Below are positions 22,726-35,282 of a stretch of 60,000 bases of DNA, one piece after another; position 1 is the first letter of the stretch; each line of letters opens with the position of its first letter. Below the pieces are notes generated by a model. The model made no database searches and was not told where the DNA came from. It was given only the letters and a program-made list of their open reading frames with translations. Both the position numbers and the translations under genes were made by a program. Source of the DNA: Malacoraja senta (lineage: Eukaryota); contig CM075990.1 of NCBI GenBank assembly GCA_038087875.1, positions 7,380,001 through 7,440,000 of the forward strand, read 5' to 3'.

Positions 22726-22879
22726 TGCTCGAGTAATATGTTCACTCATTTCTGCTGAACATCCAAACCGTTTTTATGCATTGCTTATTGTTGAAGTCCA
22801 TATTAAAAGATTCAGATCCAGGGCATTTTGAAAAGTCAGTCAGCAATGACAAATCAGTCTCTGTATTAATCACAGCTCT

Positions 22880-22981
22880 AAGGTAGACAAAAGTGCTGGA
22901 GAAACTCAGCGGGTGCAGCAGCATCTATGGAGCGAAGGAAATAGGCAACGTTTCGGGCCGAAACCCTTCTTCAGACTGAAG
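22880..22981 (-). mobile_element. ~100-bp Penelope-derived mini-element with intact hammerhead motif
   Basis: 12-bp TSD AATCACAGCTCT (22868-22879, 22982-22993); caacgtttcgggccgaaacccttcttcagactg. Confidence 0.92.
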
Positions 22982-23029
22982 AATCACAGCTCTGTCATAC
23001 TGTTTCAGTGAAGTAGTCAGTAAATTTAA

Positions 23030-23320
23030 TTTAGAGATACAGCATGGAAACAGGCCCCTCGGCCCATCAACCACGCCAACCATCGGTCACCCGCTCATAC
23101 TTGTTCTATGTTATCCCACATTTGCACTTGAAGTGATTTTACAGAGGCCAATTAATCTACAAACCCGCACGTCTCTGGTGTGTGAGGGGAAACCGGATCA
23201 TGCAGAGGAAACCCATGCAGTCACAGTGTAAACATGCAAACTCCACACAAACAGCACTCAAAGTCAGGATCAAACCCCCGGGCCTCTGGCAGTGAGAGGC
23301 AGTGGCTTTACCAGCTGCCC
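23030..23320 (-). mobile_element. HE1-like V-SINE
   Basis: ttagagatacagcatggaaacaggcccctcggccc...gtcaggatcaaaccc. Confidence 0.85.
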
Positions 23321-23447
23321 TAGTTAGGGCTGGTGTTGGGGTTTTAGTCGGTGTGTCTGCGTTTGTGTCAGAGAGAGTTTTAAATGCTGTCAAGGGCTGT
23401 GACAGTCAGGGTGTTGTTGTGAACAGTGGTGTGTCTGGGTTTAATGT

Positions 23448-23905
23448 TCATAGAGTCATAGAATCATAGGGTGATACAGTGTAGAAACAGGCCCTTCAGC
23501 CCAACTTGCCCACATCGGCCAACATGTGCCAGCTACACTTGTCCCACCTGCCTGCGCTTGGTCCATATCACTCCAAACCTGTCCTATCCATGTACCTGTC
23601 TAACTGTTTCTTAAACATTGGGATAGTCCCTGCCTCAACTACCTCCTCTGGCAGCTCGTTCCATACGCCTACCACCCTTTGTGTGAAAAAGTTACCTCTC
23701 AGATTCCTATTAAATCTTTTCCCCTTCACTTTGAACCTATGTCCTCTGGTCCTCGATTCCCCTACTCTGGGCAAGAGACTCAGTCCATCTACACGATTTA
23801 TTCCCCTCTGTAAGATCACCCCTCCTGCACTCCAAGGATTCGAGACCCAGCACACTCAACCTCTCCCTATAGCTCACACTCTCTAGTCCTGGCAACATCC
23901 TCGTA
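23448..23905 (-). mobile_element. CR1 3' end
   Basis: GESRTRGHRFKVKGKRFNRNLRGNFFTQRVVGVWNELPEEVVEAG. Confidence 0.9.
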
Positions 23906-24454
23906 ATGTTGTCGGCTGTATCCAGGTGTTGTGTCAAAGGCCGAGTCGGACGGTGTGTTCAGATCTGGAGCTGACTGCAGTGGAGAGGTTTGTGTGGTGT
24001 GCGCTGGGTTCGAGGGAGGCTGGCTTCACACACACTCTGTGCTATTTGATGCTAACTGTGTGCTGGCTCATTAAACCCAGAACAATATCCAGCAGCCGCT
24101 CTGAGGAGAGCTGCACATTGACTGTGTTTGCCTGATAAGCTGCATCTCACCAGTTGCAGAGAAAGAACCTCTGATGCTCTTCAGTTCCAAATGAAGGCAA
24201 CATAATCGACCTATCATTGTTCAATAGGGATGCCGAACGGGTGGCGAATGGGATCGGGAATGATTGCTCCAGTAAACCACTGTGGGTCAGCTCATGAGAA
24301 AGTTAGCAATGAAGATCATTTGGCAACAGCCCGAGATTTCAGTCACTTTCAGTACAGACTTCCTCAATGTGCAATAGTGAGACCATTTTCACTTCTTCAT
24401 CTCAGTAAAGTTGTTCTCACTGTGGGCAACGCTTCCCCTGGACAGGCAATATCC

Positions 24455-25045
24455 ACGAAACATACCGAATAGTAAAAGGCCGAAATGGATGTTACCATTA
24501 GAGGGAGAATCTCGGGCCAGAGGTGATAGCCTCAGAATAAAGGGCCGTTCCTTTAGGAAGGAGATGAGGAGGAACTTCTTTAGTCAGAGGGTGGTGAATC
24601 TATGGAATTCATTGCCACAGAAGGCTTTGGAGGCCATGCCAAAGGATATTTCTAAGGCAGAGATCGATAGATTGAATTCTCCCAATTCTGCTAGCCCTTG
24701 CTGTCCCCTCCCCTTCATCAGCCCTCTGGTTGTCTCCTCCCCTCCCCCAGCCCTCAGGCTCCTCCTCCGCCTTTTTCCTTTTTTCCTTTCTTCTCCCCAC
24801 CCCCTATCAGTCTAAAGAAGGGTTTCGGCCCGAAACGTTGCCTATTTCCTTCGCTCCATAGATGCTGCTGCACCCGCTGAGTTTCTCCAGCATTTTTGTG
24901 TACCATCGATAGATTCTTGATCAGTATGGGCATCAGGGTTATGAGGAGAAGGCAGGAGAATGGAGTTGAGAGGGAATGATAGGTCAGCCATGATCAGACA
25001 GCAGAGTAGACTCAATGGGCCGAATGGCCTAATTTTTGTCCTATG
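24455..25045 (+). mobile_element. CR1 3' end interrupted by a Penelope pLTR
   Basis: GESRARGDSLRIKGRSFRKEMRRNFFSQRVVNLWNSLPQ; resumes at 24916. Confidence 0.88.
24674..24904 (+). mobile_element. Penelope pLTR copy, near-identical to 5829-6054
   Basis: 11-bp TSD ATCGATAGATT (24663-24673, 24905-24915); hammerhead core mutated to ctaaaga. Confidence 0.92.
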
Positions 25046-25309
25046 ACAGGGTGGAATAGTCACTTGAAAAGCCCCATTAGTAATTAGTTGAGCCTGGGGC
25101 ATGGGTCCTGTGTGGTAGTTTGTGAGTGAGGCTGATTTATGTGCAGGTAGTACATAGTGGTTGAAGTAGAGCTATGGTTTGAGTTATGCAGCGTTGTTCA
25201 AAGTGGTTAATGGAAAGAAGTTGTTCTTGAATCTAGAAATTATGGTTCTCAAGCTCCTGTACAGTCTTCCCTATGGTAGCAGCAGGATGAGAACATGGCT
25301 TCGGTAGTG

Positions 25310-25935
25310 CAAATGTGCAGGAAGGGACTGCAACTGCTGGTTTAAACCGAAGATAGACACAAAAAGCTGGAGAAACTCAGTGGGACAGGCAGCATCTCTG
25401 GAGAGGGTGCCGTTTCAGGTCGGGACCGTTCTTCAGACTAGTTAGGGAAAAGGGAAATGAGAGATGATGATGTATAGAGAGAAAGAACAATGAAGGAAAG
25501 ATATGCAAAAAAGTAACGATGACAAAGGAAACAGGCCATTGGGGTCTCGACTTGAAACGTCACCCATTCCTTCTCTCCAGGGATGCACCTGTCCTGCTGA
25601 GTTACTCCAGCATTTTGTGTCTATCTTCGATTTAATCCAGGATCTGCAGTTCTTTCCTACATTCCTGGGCCATTGTTAACTGTGTGTTCGGTGAAAATGT
25701 GAAGCTGGTGTGACTTGGGTGAGTGGGGGGCGGGGGGGGGGGGGAGCGTTGGGGAGAGAGGGAATGCAGGGGTTACTTGGTTAGATAAATCAATATTGAT
25801 TCCACTGGGGTGTAAGCTGCCCAAGTGAAATATGAGATGCTGTTCCTACAATTTACGTTTTGCCTCACTCTGACAATGGAGGAGGCCTAGGACAGAAAGG
25901 TCAGTGTGGGAATGGCAAGGAGAATTAAAATGTTG
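25310..25935 (-). mobile_element. Penelope-like 3' region (GIY-YIG C-terminus plus pLTR) with an internal plus-strand pLTR piece (~25541-25660)
   Basis: Minus strand reads SHTDLSVLGLLHCQSEAKRKL*EQHLIFHLGSLHP; hammerhead-like motif at ~25410-25440. Confidence 0.8.
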
Positions 25936-26532
25936 AGCAGCCATATGTTTGATGATATTAAGCTGGCTACTTGAGGCAACGCTCCTCGTATATCCATCCC
26001 TTCAATGCTAAGCACGTCATCGCCCCATGATAAACCGGGCAATGTTCCCCAATTTCTGCCGCCACCTCCTCATGTCACTCAGGGCACCTGCTTTACGGCT
26101 GCAAAGATATCAATGGGCTTCACCAATTCCTCCACAGGTTTGCTCATGAAAATACTTTCTCGTTTGCAGGCAAGTCTCAGTCATGAATGGATGAGATCGC
26201 TTCAGTCATTGGCAGTAATTTATAACGTTCACGGATGGTAAACGAACACATTGGAAATACTTCATTTTACTGAGGTTATCATGCTGAAATATATTAAGGC
26301 ACATTTTAACAAGCAAAATGTTGTTCCAAGAAATTACAAAGCTCTGCCACATCTGCTTCATGACAGATGTTCCTGATGTTCCAGTCTTTTGACCAAACAT
26401 CTGGGAAACACGTTCACCAAACAACTACTCGATTTTGCCTTTAAGTGTCAGTCAATAATCACTGTGATGTCTGAACAAATCCTTTCTAATTAAGCTAATA
26501 GTTATGTAATGTGATATGCTGCATTCAGTGCT

Positions 26533-26827
26533 TTTAGAGATACAGCGCGGAAACAGGCCCTACTGCCCACCGAGTCTGCACCGACCAGCGATCCCCGCAC
26601 ATTAACACCATCCTACACACACTAGGGACAATTCACACATACACCAAGCCAATTAACCAACGAACCTGCACGTCTTTGGAGTGTGGGAGAAAACCGAAGA
26701 TCTCGGAGAAAATCCACGCAGGTCACGTAAAGCTCCGTACAGACAGCACCCGTAGTCAGGGTCGAGCCCGGGTCTCTGGCGCTGCAAGGGCTGTAAGGCA
26801 ACAACTCTACCGCTGTGCCACCGTGGC
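26533..26827 (-). mobile_element. HE1-like V-SINE, followed by a C26 run (26827-26852)
   Basis: Full SINE match. Confidence 0.9.
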
Positions 26828-26859
26828 CCCCCCCCCCCCCCCCCCCCCCCCCATGCAGG

Positions 26860-27282
26860 TTGCTGAGGAAATACAGCAGACACGGTTAGTGCTGCCTTGG
26901 CAAGGCCACCAGCATAATCGAGGGCCACGCTCACCCTGGTCACTTCCTCTTCTCCCCTCTCCCATCAGGCAAAAGGTACAGAAGTTTGAAAACATACTTC
27001 TAGATTCTGGGACAGTTTCTTCCCAGCTGCTATCAGGCACCCAAAATGTTCTCTCATCAACTAAGGAGCAGTCCTGACCTCCCATCTACCACATTGGAGA
27101 CCTTCGAAATATCTTTAATCAGACTTTACCTTGCACCAAACTTTGTACCCTTTATCCTGTATCTGTACACTATGGACGGCTTGATTGTAATCATGTGTAA
27201 ACTTTTCACTGAGTGGATAGCACACAACAAAAAGCTTTTCATTGTACCTCGGTGCACATGACAATATCAAACTAAACTAAAT
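26860..27282 (+). mobile_element. Rex1/Babar 3' end, degenerate
   Basis: caccctggtcacttcc...cccatcaggcaaaaggtacagaag; cattgtacctcggtgcacatgacaat followed by (AAACT)n. Confidence 0.75.
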
Positions 27283-27689
27283 GTTTCCCACGTAGGCAGT
27301 GTTGAAAGTCCAAACTCTTGAACGTGACAGTTGAATGAAAAGACGCAATGCCACTTACAAGCTTAATAAACTAGTACGAGTGAGGTATGTTCTCCTGAGG
27401 CAGAGAACTTCACAGCTTTACAGGGATAAGATTAGAACACTGCATTTGGAATGACTTTCTCATGCAATTAGTGCAGATACTTTCAGTGGTGCAGCCATGG
27501 ATTTCTTTCTGTCACTGATGTTCTTTTGAGCATTGCACTCATCGGGCAAGTAGAGAGGTATTCATCTTCACTATGTCGGAAGTCCCCCAGTGTCAAGCAT
27601 GACCCACTTTCATTTCAAACCTCTGAAATATAAGGAGTGGTGGGTGGTGGGCATAGGGAACGAGCTGCCAGAACACTGTACTGGCAGTC

Positions 27690-28050
27690 CAAAGACGTAC
27701 AGGTTTGTAGGTTGATTTTGTAAGTTTGTTGGTTAATTGGCTTGGTATAAATGTAAATTGTCCCTAGTGTGTGCAGGGTAGTGTCAATGTGTGGTGATCG
27801 CTGGTTGGTGCGGACACAGTGGGCCAAAGGGCCTGTTTCTGCGCTGTATCTCCAAACTAAAATAAACTAAAGAGGTAGTTGAGGCAGGTACTGTCACAAC
27901 GCTTAAAAGACATTTGGACAGGTAAGTGGACAGGAAAGATTTAGAAGGATATGGGCTAGATGCGGGCAGGCGAGACTGCAAGGTGTAGATGGGACTTCTT
28001 GGTCAGCATGGGCTTTGGGCCGAAGGCCGTCTTTCCATGCTATATGACTA
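27690..28050 (+). mobile_element. SINE 3' half (27690-27870) inserted in a CR1 3' end
   Basis: tccaaagacgtacagg...tgtatctccaaactaaa, then gaggtagttgaggcaggtac. Confidence 0.8.
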
Positions 28051-28339
28051 TATGAGAGTGGTGAAGCAAATGCAGGGTCTTCCCTGTGGGTGGGGGATGA
28101 GGGTGATGATCGATGGGGCAGGCGGGAGGGTGGTTGGGGAGGCCCTGAGCTCCCTCTGTTGTGTGTACATGCAGGTTCCATTGTATGGACCCTGCCACTT
28201 CTCATTCTGGATCTCACTGCCTCCATCTAGCTACTCACATCTAATATTTGACTGCTGTACTGCCGTTGAACACAGCTATTGCTCCATTCTTCACCCTTGT
28301 TTCGGCCAGTCTGAACATCGGCCAGTGCTGAGATTCGAG

Positions 28340-28757
28340 CTACATTGTGGAAACAGGCCCTTGGGCCCACCGAGTCCGCACCAACCAACAATCACCCCAT
28401 ACACTAGCACTAAGATCATAAGATCAGGAGTGACAGGAGTAGAATTAGGCCATTCGGCCCATTAAGTCTTCTCTGCCATTGAATCATGACTGATCTATCT
28501 CTCCCTCCTAAACCCATTCCCCTGCCTTCTCCCCATAACCTCTGACAAGATCATAATCACATGGGACAATTTACCCTAATTAACTAACCCACAAACCTGC
28601 ACGTCTTTAGAATGTGGGAGGAAACTGGAGTGCCTGGGAAAAACCCATGCGGTCACAGGGAGAACGTACAAACCCCGTGCTGACAGCACCCTCAGTCAGG
28701 ATCGAACCTGGGTCTCTTTTGCTGTAAGGCAGCAACTGTACCGCTGCGCCACTGTGC
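28340..28757 (-). mobile_element. V-SINE interrupted by a CR1 3' tail (~28415-28550)
   Basis: ggaaacaggcccttgggccc...[ggagtagaattaggccattcggccc]...ggatcgaacctggg. Confidence 0.8.
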
Positions 28758-28884
28758 CTCCCAAATATGAGGCACCAACAAAAAGAGTAATGCAAGAATG
28801 GTCTGTGGAGCTGAGGGCCGACGGCAGGATTATCTTGAACACATCCAAAACTATTTCATCCTTCCTGAATGAGTGTATCTCAGT

Positions 28885-29345
28885 CATGGTTTTCAAGAGA
28901 GAGTTAGATTTAGCTCTTAGGGCTAAGGGAATCAAGGGATATGGGGAGAAAGCAGGACTGATTTTGGATGATCAGCCATGATCATATTGAATGGCGGTGC
29001 TGGCTCGAAGGACCGAATGGCCTACTCCTGCACCTATTTTCTATGTTTCTATCCTAGCCAGGAAACATGGATGAGCAGGGAGATTCACTCTCTGCTAAAG
29101 TGCAGAGATGAGTCTTTCAAGAAGCATGACATCGCACAGAACAAGAGGTCTGATCTCCACAAGGCTGCCAGGATGCCGAGAGAGAATTTCAAAGAAGGTT
29201 GGATGCTCAATTCAGTTAAGTGGATGTCAGGCAACTGTGACAGGGCCTGAATACTTTCACAGGCTACATGCCAAAATTAAGGGCAATTGCTGGCACCAAC
29301 GCGCGTCTAGCAAATGAGCTTTCTGCTGCCTTTCAACAGGGAAGA
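28885..29345 (+). mobile_element. CR1 3' tail (28885-29050) followed by a Rex1-like ORF fragment
   Basis: VFKRELDLALRAKGIKGYGEKAG; then WMSREIHSLLKCRDESFK. Confidence 0.7.
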
Positions 29346-29397
29346 ATTGTTCCACCTAGGCAGATTCTTATCACCTGATCTTATCAACCAACATCCA

Positions 29398-29670
29398 AAC
29401 ATAGACACAAAAAGCCGGAGTGACTCAGCGGGACAGGCAGCATCTCTGGAGAGAAGGAATGGGTGCCGTTTCGGGTCAAGACCCTTCTTCAGACTGGTAA
29501 AGGATTAGGGAAACGAGAGATATAGACGATGATGTGGAGAGATGAAGAACAATGAATAAAAGATATGCAAAAAAGTAACGATGATAAAGGAAACAGGCCA
29601 TTGTTAGCTGTTTGTTGGGTGAAAACGGGACTTGGGTGGGCGTGGGATAGAGAGAGAGGGAATGTCGGGG
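29398..29670 (-). mobile_element. Penelope pLTR with hammerhead motif
   Basis: ccgtttcgggtcaagacccttcttcagactg; imperfect flanking repeat aaccaacatcca/aacccacatcca. Confidence 0.8.
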
Positions 29671-30211
29671 CAAACCCACATCCATGAGCTTTTGTCTTAC
29701 ATACCAGCTCTGCTTTCTAATCTGACTCGCCTGTACTCTCTCCCCGGTTCTGAGCACGGGTCTCTCCCCAAACCATTTGTCTTTTCACAGATGCAGCTAG
29801 ACTGGATGAGTTCTTCCAGCGTTTCCATTCTCAGTTCGGATCTCAGCTCCGCTGTGTTATTTGTTTTCATTTCCAGACTTGAGGTGTGTAGTTTCTTTTC
29901 CTCCCAAGTGTTGCTCCACCATTTCCTAGTAGCCCACAAGTCAATAAGTCACAGCATCATACTGTGAGAAATAAGTCCTTCAGCCCATGAGAACATTATT
30001 GAGGCATTTTCTCTGTCCTCCTGAAATCCTCTTTCCATATGAAAGCTCAGAGTTATTTGGGGAGGCTAGTGTCTGTCTTATAGATGATGCAACCCACTCA
30101 CTGGCCAGCTGACTATGATCAGAGCCTTCATGCAGGAGATGATATTGGTGCACCAATTTCACCACTACTTTTTGAGACATTTTGGACATTTCAATAATGA
30201 CACCCATAACA

Positions 30212-30520
30212 TGGGAAGCACAGTGGCACAGCAGGTAGGGCCACGGCCTTACAGCACTAGCGACCCAGGTTCGATCCTGACCTCAGGTGCTGTCTTTGTG
30301 GAGTTTGCAGGTTCTCCCTGTGCGCTTTCTCCGGATTCCTCCCCCATCTCAAAGATGAGCAGGTTTGCAGCTTAATTGGCCTCTGTAAATTGTTCCTAGT
30401 GTATAAGGAGCGGATGAGAAAGTGGGATAACATAAAACCAGTGTGAACGGGTGATCAATGGTCAACGTGGACCCAAGGGGTCAAAGGGTCTATTTCCATG
30501 CAGCATCTCGAAATTAAACT
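30212..30520 (+). mobile_element. HE1-like V-SINE
   Basis: gcacagtggcacagcagg...ggttcgatcctgac. Confidence 0.85.
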
Positions 30521-31224
30521 AGTAACGATATTGAGCGATATCTCGGTATCACCTCTGGGCCTAAGCACGGAGACGAAACAGTTATCAGGAGTAAATTAAA
30601 CTTAGAAAGGATTTTACTAGAGTTCTGATAAACAAGAGTACAAGGCACAGCATGGGAAAGTCCCAGTCTGAGCAATGACTGAGACAAACATCAGCACTTA
30701 AATAGGGAACTCAATAGGTGACACACAGGTTCAAATACTTACATCATTGAACCCAAGACAACACTGGACAATTGAACCCAAGACAACACTGCCTATGCAG
30801 CCCTCAGTGGTCAGTAGTAGACTAGGTGGGCCGAAGGGCCTGTTTTCCATCTGGTTTCTCTAAACCCATCTGAGTCTCTCAGAACAATGGTTGTGTTGTT
30901 CACCTGATTCTTTTCCAATGATTTTCCTCTACTGATGTTTGTCTACCCAGCCTGTAGTTACTCAATGTTCTTTTAATCCGCAGAAACACATTAACCATCC
31001 CCCAGCCCTCTGACTCCATGCTTATAAATACAGGGAAATGGAAACAATATTCAGAATCTCTGCTCCTTATTCTACAACTTCTTTGAAGAGCAGGGTACAT
31101 TTCATTTTCTTACCCTGGAATTTTCCTTAGATTTATACATTGCAGATTTTCAGGATTTGTTTTAACTGGAGAATGTTCCTAGGTTTTGCACTGGCAATAT
31201 TCCAAGATTTTAATATTCCAAGAT

Positions 31225-31317
31225 CTGAAGAAGGGTTTCGGCCCGAAACGTTGCCTATTTCCTTCGCTCCATAGATGCTGCTGCACCCGCTAAGTTTCTC
31301 CAACATTTTTGTGTACC
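31225..31317 (+). mobile_element. 93-bp Penelope-derived mini-element starting at the hammerhead core
   Basis: TSD TTCCAAGAT (31216-31224, 31318-31326); begins ctgaagaagggtttcggcccgaaacgttgcc. Confidence 0.9.
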
Positions 31318-31872
31318 TTCCAAGATTTTAAGCTGGTCTTTCCCAGCTTTCATACAAGGAATATTCCTGGATTTTACATGAGGTATATAGGTATGTTGGT
31401 TAATTGGCTTGGTATAAGTGTAAAATTGTCCTTAGTGTGTGTGGGATAGAGTTAGTGGAGGGAGATCGCTGGTTGGCGCGGACTCGATGGGCCGATGGGC
31501 CTGTCTCCACATTGTACCTTTAAAGTAAACCATGGGATGTTCTCAGGTGCAAAGAAGTGATTGTGAGCCAAATGGCGACTTTCAAGTGATGAAGGAAAGG
31601 TAATGAAATGCTGCTTTAGGTGTTGATAAAGCACAGGTTACTTGCTCAAGAGTTCAAAGGGTGGGGTTCAACACCCACTGAGGAGTTGGGTGGCTACAGA
31701 AATGTAATCATTTGGACACCCACATGGGAGTAAGAGACTACTGAGAGTTTAAGGATCGCGTTGCAGGATTATGGAGGGGCACAGAAGGGCATGGACAATA
31801 GTGGGAGAGATACCTCCCCCTTCCTAGTTTTCCCGACTAGTCTGAACAACGCAGCGTTTTGGGGTAATGAAT

Positions 31873-32095
31873 GGGCAGCACAGTGGTGAAGCTTGTAAAA
31901 TACTGCCAGAGACCCCGGTTCGATCCTGACTAGGGGTGCTGTCTGTGTGGAGTTTGCACGTTCTCCGTGCGACCAGATGGGTTTCCTCTGGGTGATCCTG
32001 TTTCCTTCCACATCCCAGTGATGTACAGGTTTTTGTAGGTTAATAGGCATCTGTAACATCACCCCTAGTGTGTAGGGAGTGGATGAGAAAGTGGG
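31873..32095 (+). mobile_element. HE1-like V-SINE, 3' truncated
   Basis: gggcagcacagtgg...ccggttcgatcctgac...ggagtttgcacgttctcc. Confidence 0.8.
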
Positions 32096-32252
32096 ACAGT
32101 CTGACTGTCCCCTTGATTTAATTTTATCTCTGTATGCTTCGTTGTCAACTTCTCCTAGCTAACAATGATCTATTCTACATTTTCCTTGATCTACATCCCC
32201 TTTGATGTCTTGTTTTCACACCTCACATATCCTTCTCCCTGTGCCTCCCTCT

Positions 32253-32590
32253 CATAGAGTGATAGAGTGATACAATGTGGAAACCGGCCCTCAGGCCCAA
32301 CTTGCCCACACCGGCCAACATGTCCCAGCTACACTAGTCCCACTTGCTTGCGCTTGGTCCATATCCCTCCAAACCTGTCCTATCCATGTACCTGTCTAAC
32401 TGTTTCTTAAACAAAGGGATAGTCCTAGCCACAACTACTTCCTCTGTCAGCTTGTTCCATACACCCACCACCCTTTGTGTGAAAAAGTTACCCCTGGGAT
32501 TCCTATTAAATTTTTCCGCTTCACCTTGAACCTATGTCCTCTGGTCCTCGATTTCCCTACTCTGGGCAACAGACACTGCATCTACCCGAT
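32253..32590 (-). mobile_element. CR1 3' end inserted in a Penelope pLTR (32100-32250, 32590-32710)
   Basis: Near-identical to 23448-23790; the flanks contain tctgaagaagtgtctcaaccctgaagc. Confidence 0.8.
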
Positions 32591-34213
32591 CTACTCCTCT
32601 CCTCTGACTCTGTCTGAAGAAGTGTCTCAACCCTGAAGCATCACCCATGCCTTCACCCCAGAGATGATGCCTGTCTCACTGAGATACTCCAGCAATTTGT
32701 GTGCGTCTTCGGAGTGGTAGTAATGATTGTTCAAAGGTGCGAATCTGAAAGAAATTAAAAAAGGATCATTGTCCCTCTGGGTCGTAGAAATGCCCACAGT
32801 GATACAGTGATGCAGCAGGATACATTGCCCATGATCAACCTTAACCTTTCATGCTGTCTGTAGGGAGTTTCCATCTTCTCCCTGTGACCATGTGCTTTCT
32901 CCAAGCTACTGATATATCCTCCCATATCTTAAAGACATGCGGGTTGGTAGGTTAATTGGCCACTGTAAATCGCCCAAAGTGTATTAGAGGCTTTTTACAG
33001 ATGTCAGATCCCATTGCAAGGAATTCTAAACCAATTTATTAACATGGTCTGACTTACATGCTTTATTTCAAACTATCGTCACAGCTTTCAGAAATTTAAG
33101 AAATGAATGGAGAAAGGGATAATGAAGGCACAGACTTATTTCCTATAAAATACAGGCTTAAAACCGTAAAAAAAAAAATTCTAAGATGCAGATGGCATCA
33201 AAGTATCTGCTTAACCTTCATTTCATTGACAACGTTATGGGCAACTGGAATCGTTTAGAGCAATGTTAACTAGAAAGATAGATTGTTCTGTGAACTGTCA
33301 TAGATGGGCTGAATGGCCTGTTTCCACGTCTAAATGAATACGATTGGAAGCTCTTTATCGCTCCTCTCTGCTGCAGCCAGGTTCCGATTCAAGTTGGAGT
33401 TTAATATGAGGGATGAGTTCCAAAATTAGATATAACTGTTGCTTTTCTTATCTCCCAGCTTGTCACCAGCCTCAAATGAATCTCCTTTTTTGGAAAAAAA
33501 AAAGACTTAATTTAAGGTGAATAGAGAGATGGTCTCGCTGAGCTCAAACTGTGCTTAAAACCTGAGCTACAAAAGCTGTCTCAGTGACTAAAATGCTTTG
33601 ATGCCCTCTCATTAAATGAAATACTTTGTGCATCCTTTGAATGGATGTGACAACATATCTCTGGGGAAATTATCAGGCAGAGGTCAGGCTTTAGGGACAG
33701 GCGCTGGGCTTCATTTTGAATCTTCACTGAACGTTGCAAGAGACAAGTTAATAAGTAACATTAGAGGTGTGATTCTGAAACATGTAGCTTTAATTTATTT
33801 CCAGTAATGCAGTAACCAGAAATTTATTTACTGAGGAAAAAACATCGATTGAGAAAAGAAAATTAGATCATAACGTTTGGACAGAGTGGAGACCATCGGT
33901 TAAAATGTCGGCAGGATGTTCACTTTTCTTTATTCCAGTGTTGTTATGCAGCTGATATTTTCTTGTTTGGTGCAACGTTCTCTTGCAGCTGCATCTGCGG
34001 ACTCTGCTGCATTCAATCAGCAATGCTCCGGCAAGAGTGCAGCACACCATCAGCATCACGACTCCACGGTGCCGGCCACTCACTGCTGTCTCTCTGACAA
34101 TGCAGTGCTCCCTCAGTCCCACCGGTTGGACAATCCAGCACTGCCTCAATGTTCCTCCGCCAATTAAGCACTCCATCAGTCCTCCTCCAACAGGGCAACA
34201 CTCCCTCAGTACT

Positions 34214-34817
34214 GGGCGGCACGGTGGCACAGCGGTAGAGTTGCTGCCTCACAGCGCCAGAGACCAGAGTTCGATCCTGACCGTGGGTGCCGTCTGTATG
34301 GAGTTTGTACCTTCTCCCTGTGACCACGTGGGTTTTCTCCGGGTGATCCGGTTTCCTCCCACATTCCAAAGACGTGCAGGTGTGTAGTGTAAATTGTCCA
34401 CAATGTGTAGAATAGAACTAATGTACGGGGTGATTGGTGCGGACTCGTTGAGCGGAAGGGCCTGTTTCCATGATACATAGATACATAGACAATAGGTGCA
34501 GGAGTAGGCCATTCAGCCCTTCGAGCCAGCACCACCATTCAATGCGATCATGGCTCATCATCCACAATCATTACCCCGTTCCTGCCTTCTCCCCATATCC
34601 CCACTAGCCGTAAGAGCTCTATCTAACTCTCTTTTGAATGCATTCAGTGAATCGGCCTCCGCTGCCTTGTGAGGCAGAGAATTCCACAGATTCACAACTC
34701 TCTGGGTGAAAAAGTTTTTCCGCACCTCAGTTCTAAATGCCCTGCCCCTTATTCTTAAACTCTGGCCCCTGGTTCTGGACTCCCCCAACATGACGTATCT
34801 CTAAAGTCTAAAGGCTA
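34214..34817 (+). mobile_element. V-SINE with a minus-strand CR1 (34476-34790) inserted in its tail
   Basis: SINE tail resumes at gtatctctaaagtctaaag; AGTACTG occurs on both sides; CR1 reads GESRTRGQSLRIRGRAFRTEVRKNFFTQRVVNLWNSLP. Confidence 0.85.
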
Positions 34818-34875
34818 AAGTACTGTCCCTCCAACAGTGCAGCACTCCTCAGAACTGCCCAGACAGTAACAGTAA

Positions 34876-35282
34876 AGGGCATGTCCCACGAACATGCGAC
34901 TGCATGCGGCAAGCGCGACCAAACCGGAAGCGGGGGCCGCGCAGAGGTCGAGTGAGTGACGTGAAGTTCGAGCGAAGTCCGCGGGAAGTTCACGCGTGGT
35001 GTACGGCGTCAAGACACTGCGTACGGCGTCGAGACCCTGCGCACGCCCGTCGAGGCGGTGCGCACGGCGTCGAGGCGGCTGCGGGCCGGCAGGCCGTTGC
35101 CGTGCGGAATTTTTTAACACGGTCAGTTTTTCGGAGCCCCGCGCGATGTCGGGACCAACTCCGCACAACTCCATACGGCTCTGGCGATCGAAGTGGGACC
35201 GGCCCCACGAGGCCGTACGGCTCAAGCGACCATGTTAGGTCGTGCTTGCCGCATGCAGTCGCATGCTCGTGGGACAGGCCCT
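34876..35282. mobile_element. Harbinger-type MITE, very CpG-rich
   Basis: ~45-bp TIR agggc(a/c)tgtcccacga(a/g)catgcgactgcatgcggcaagc; TAA/TAA TSD. Confidence 0.9.

Noticed and set aside
26827..26852. C26 homopolymer giving poly-Pro/Gly ORFs
   Set aside because: Simple homopolymer beside a SINE; its length is unreliable.
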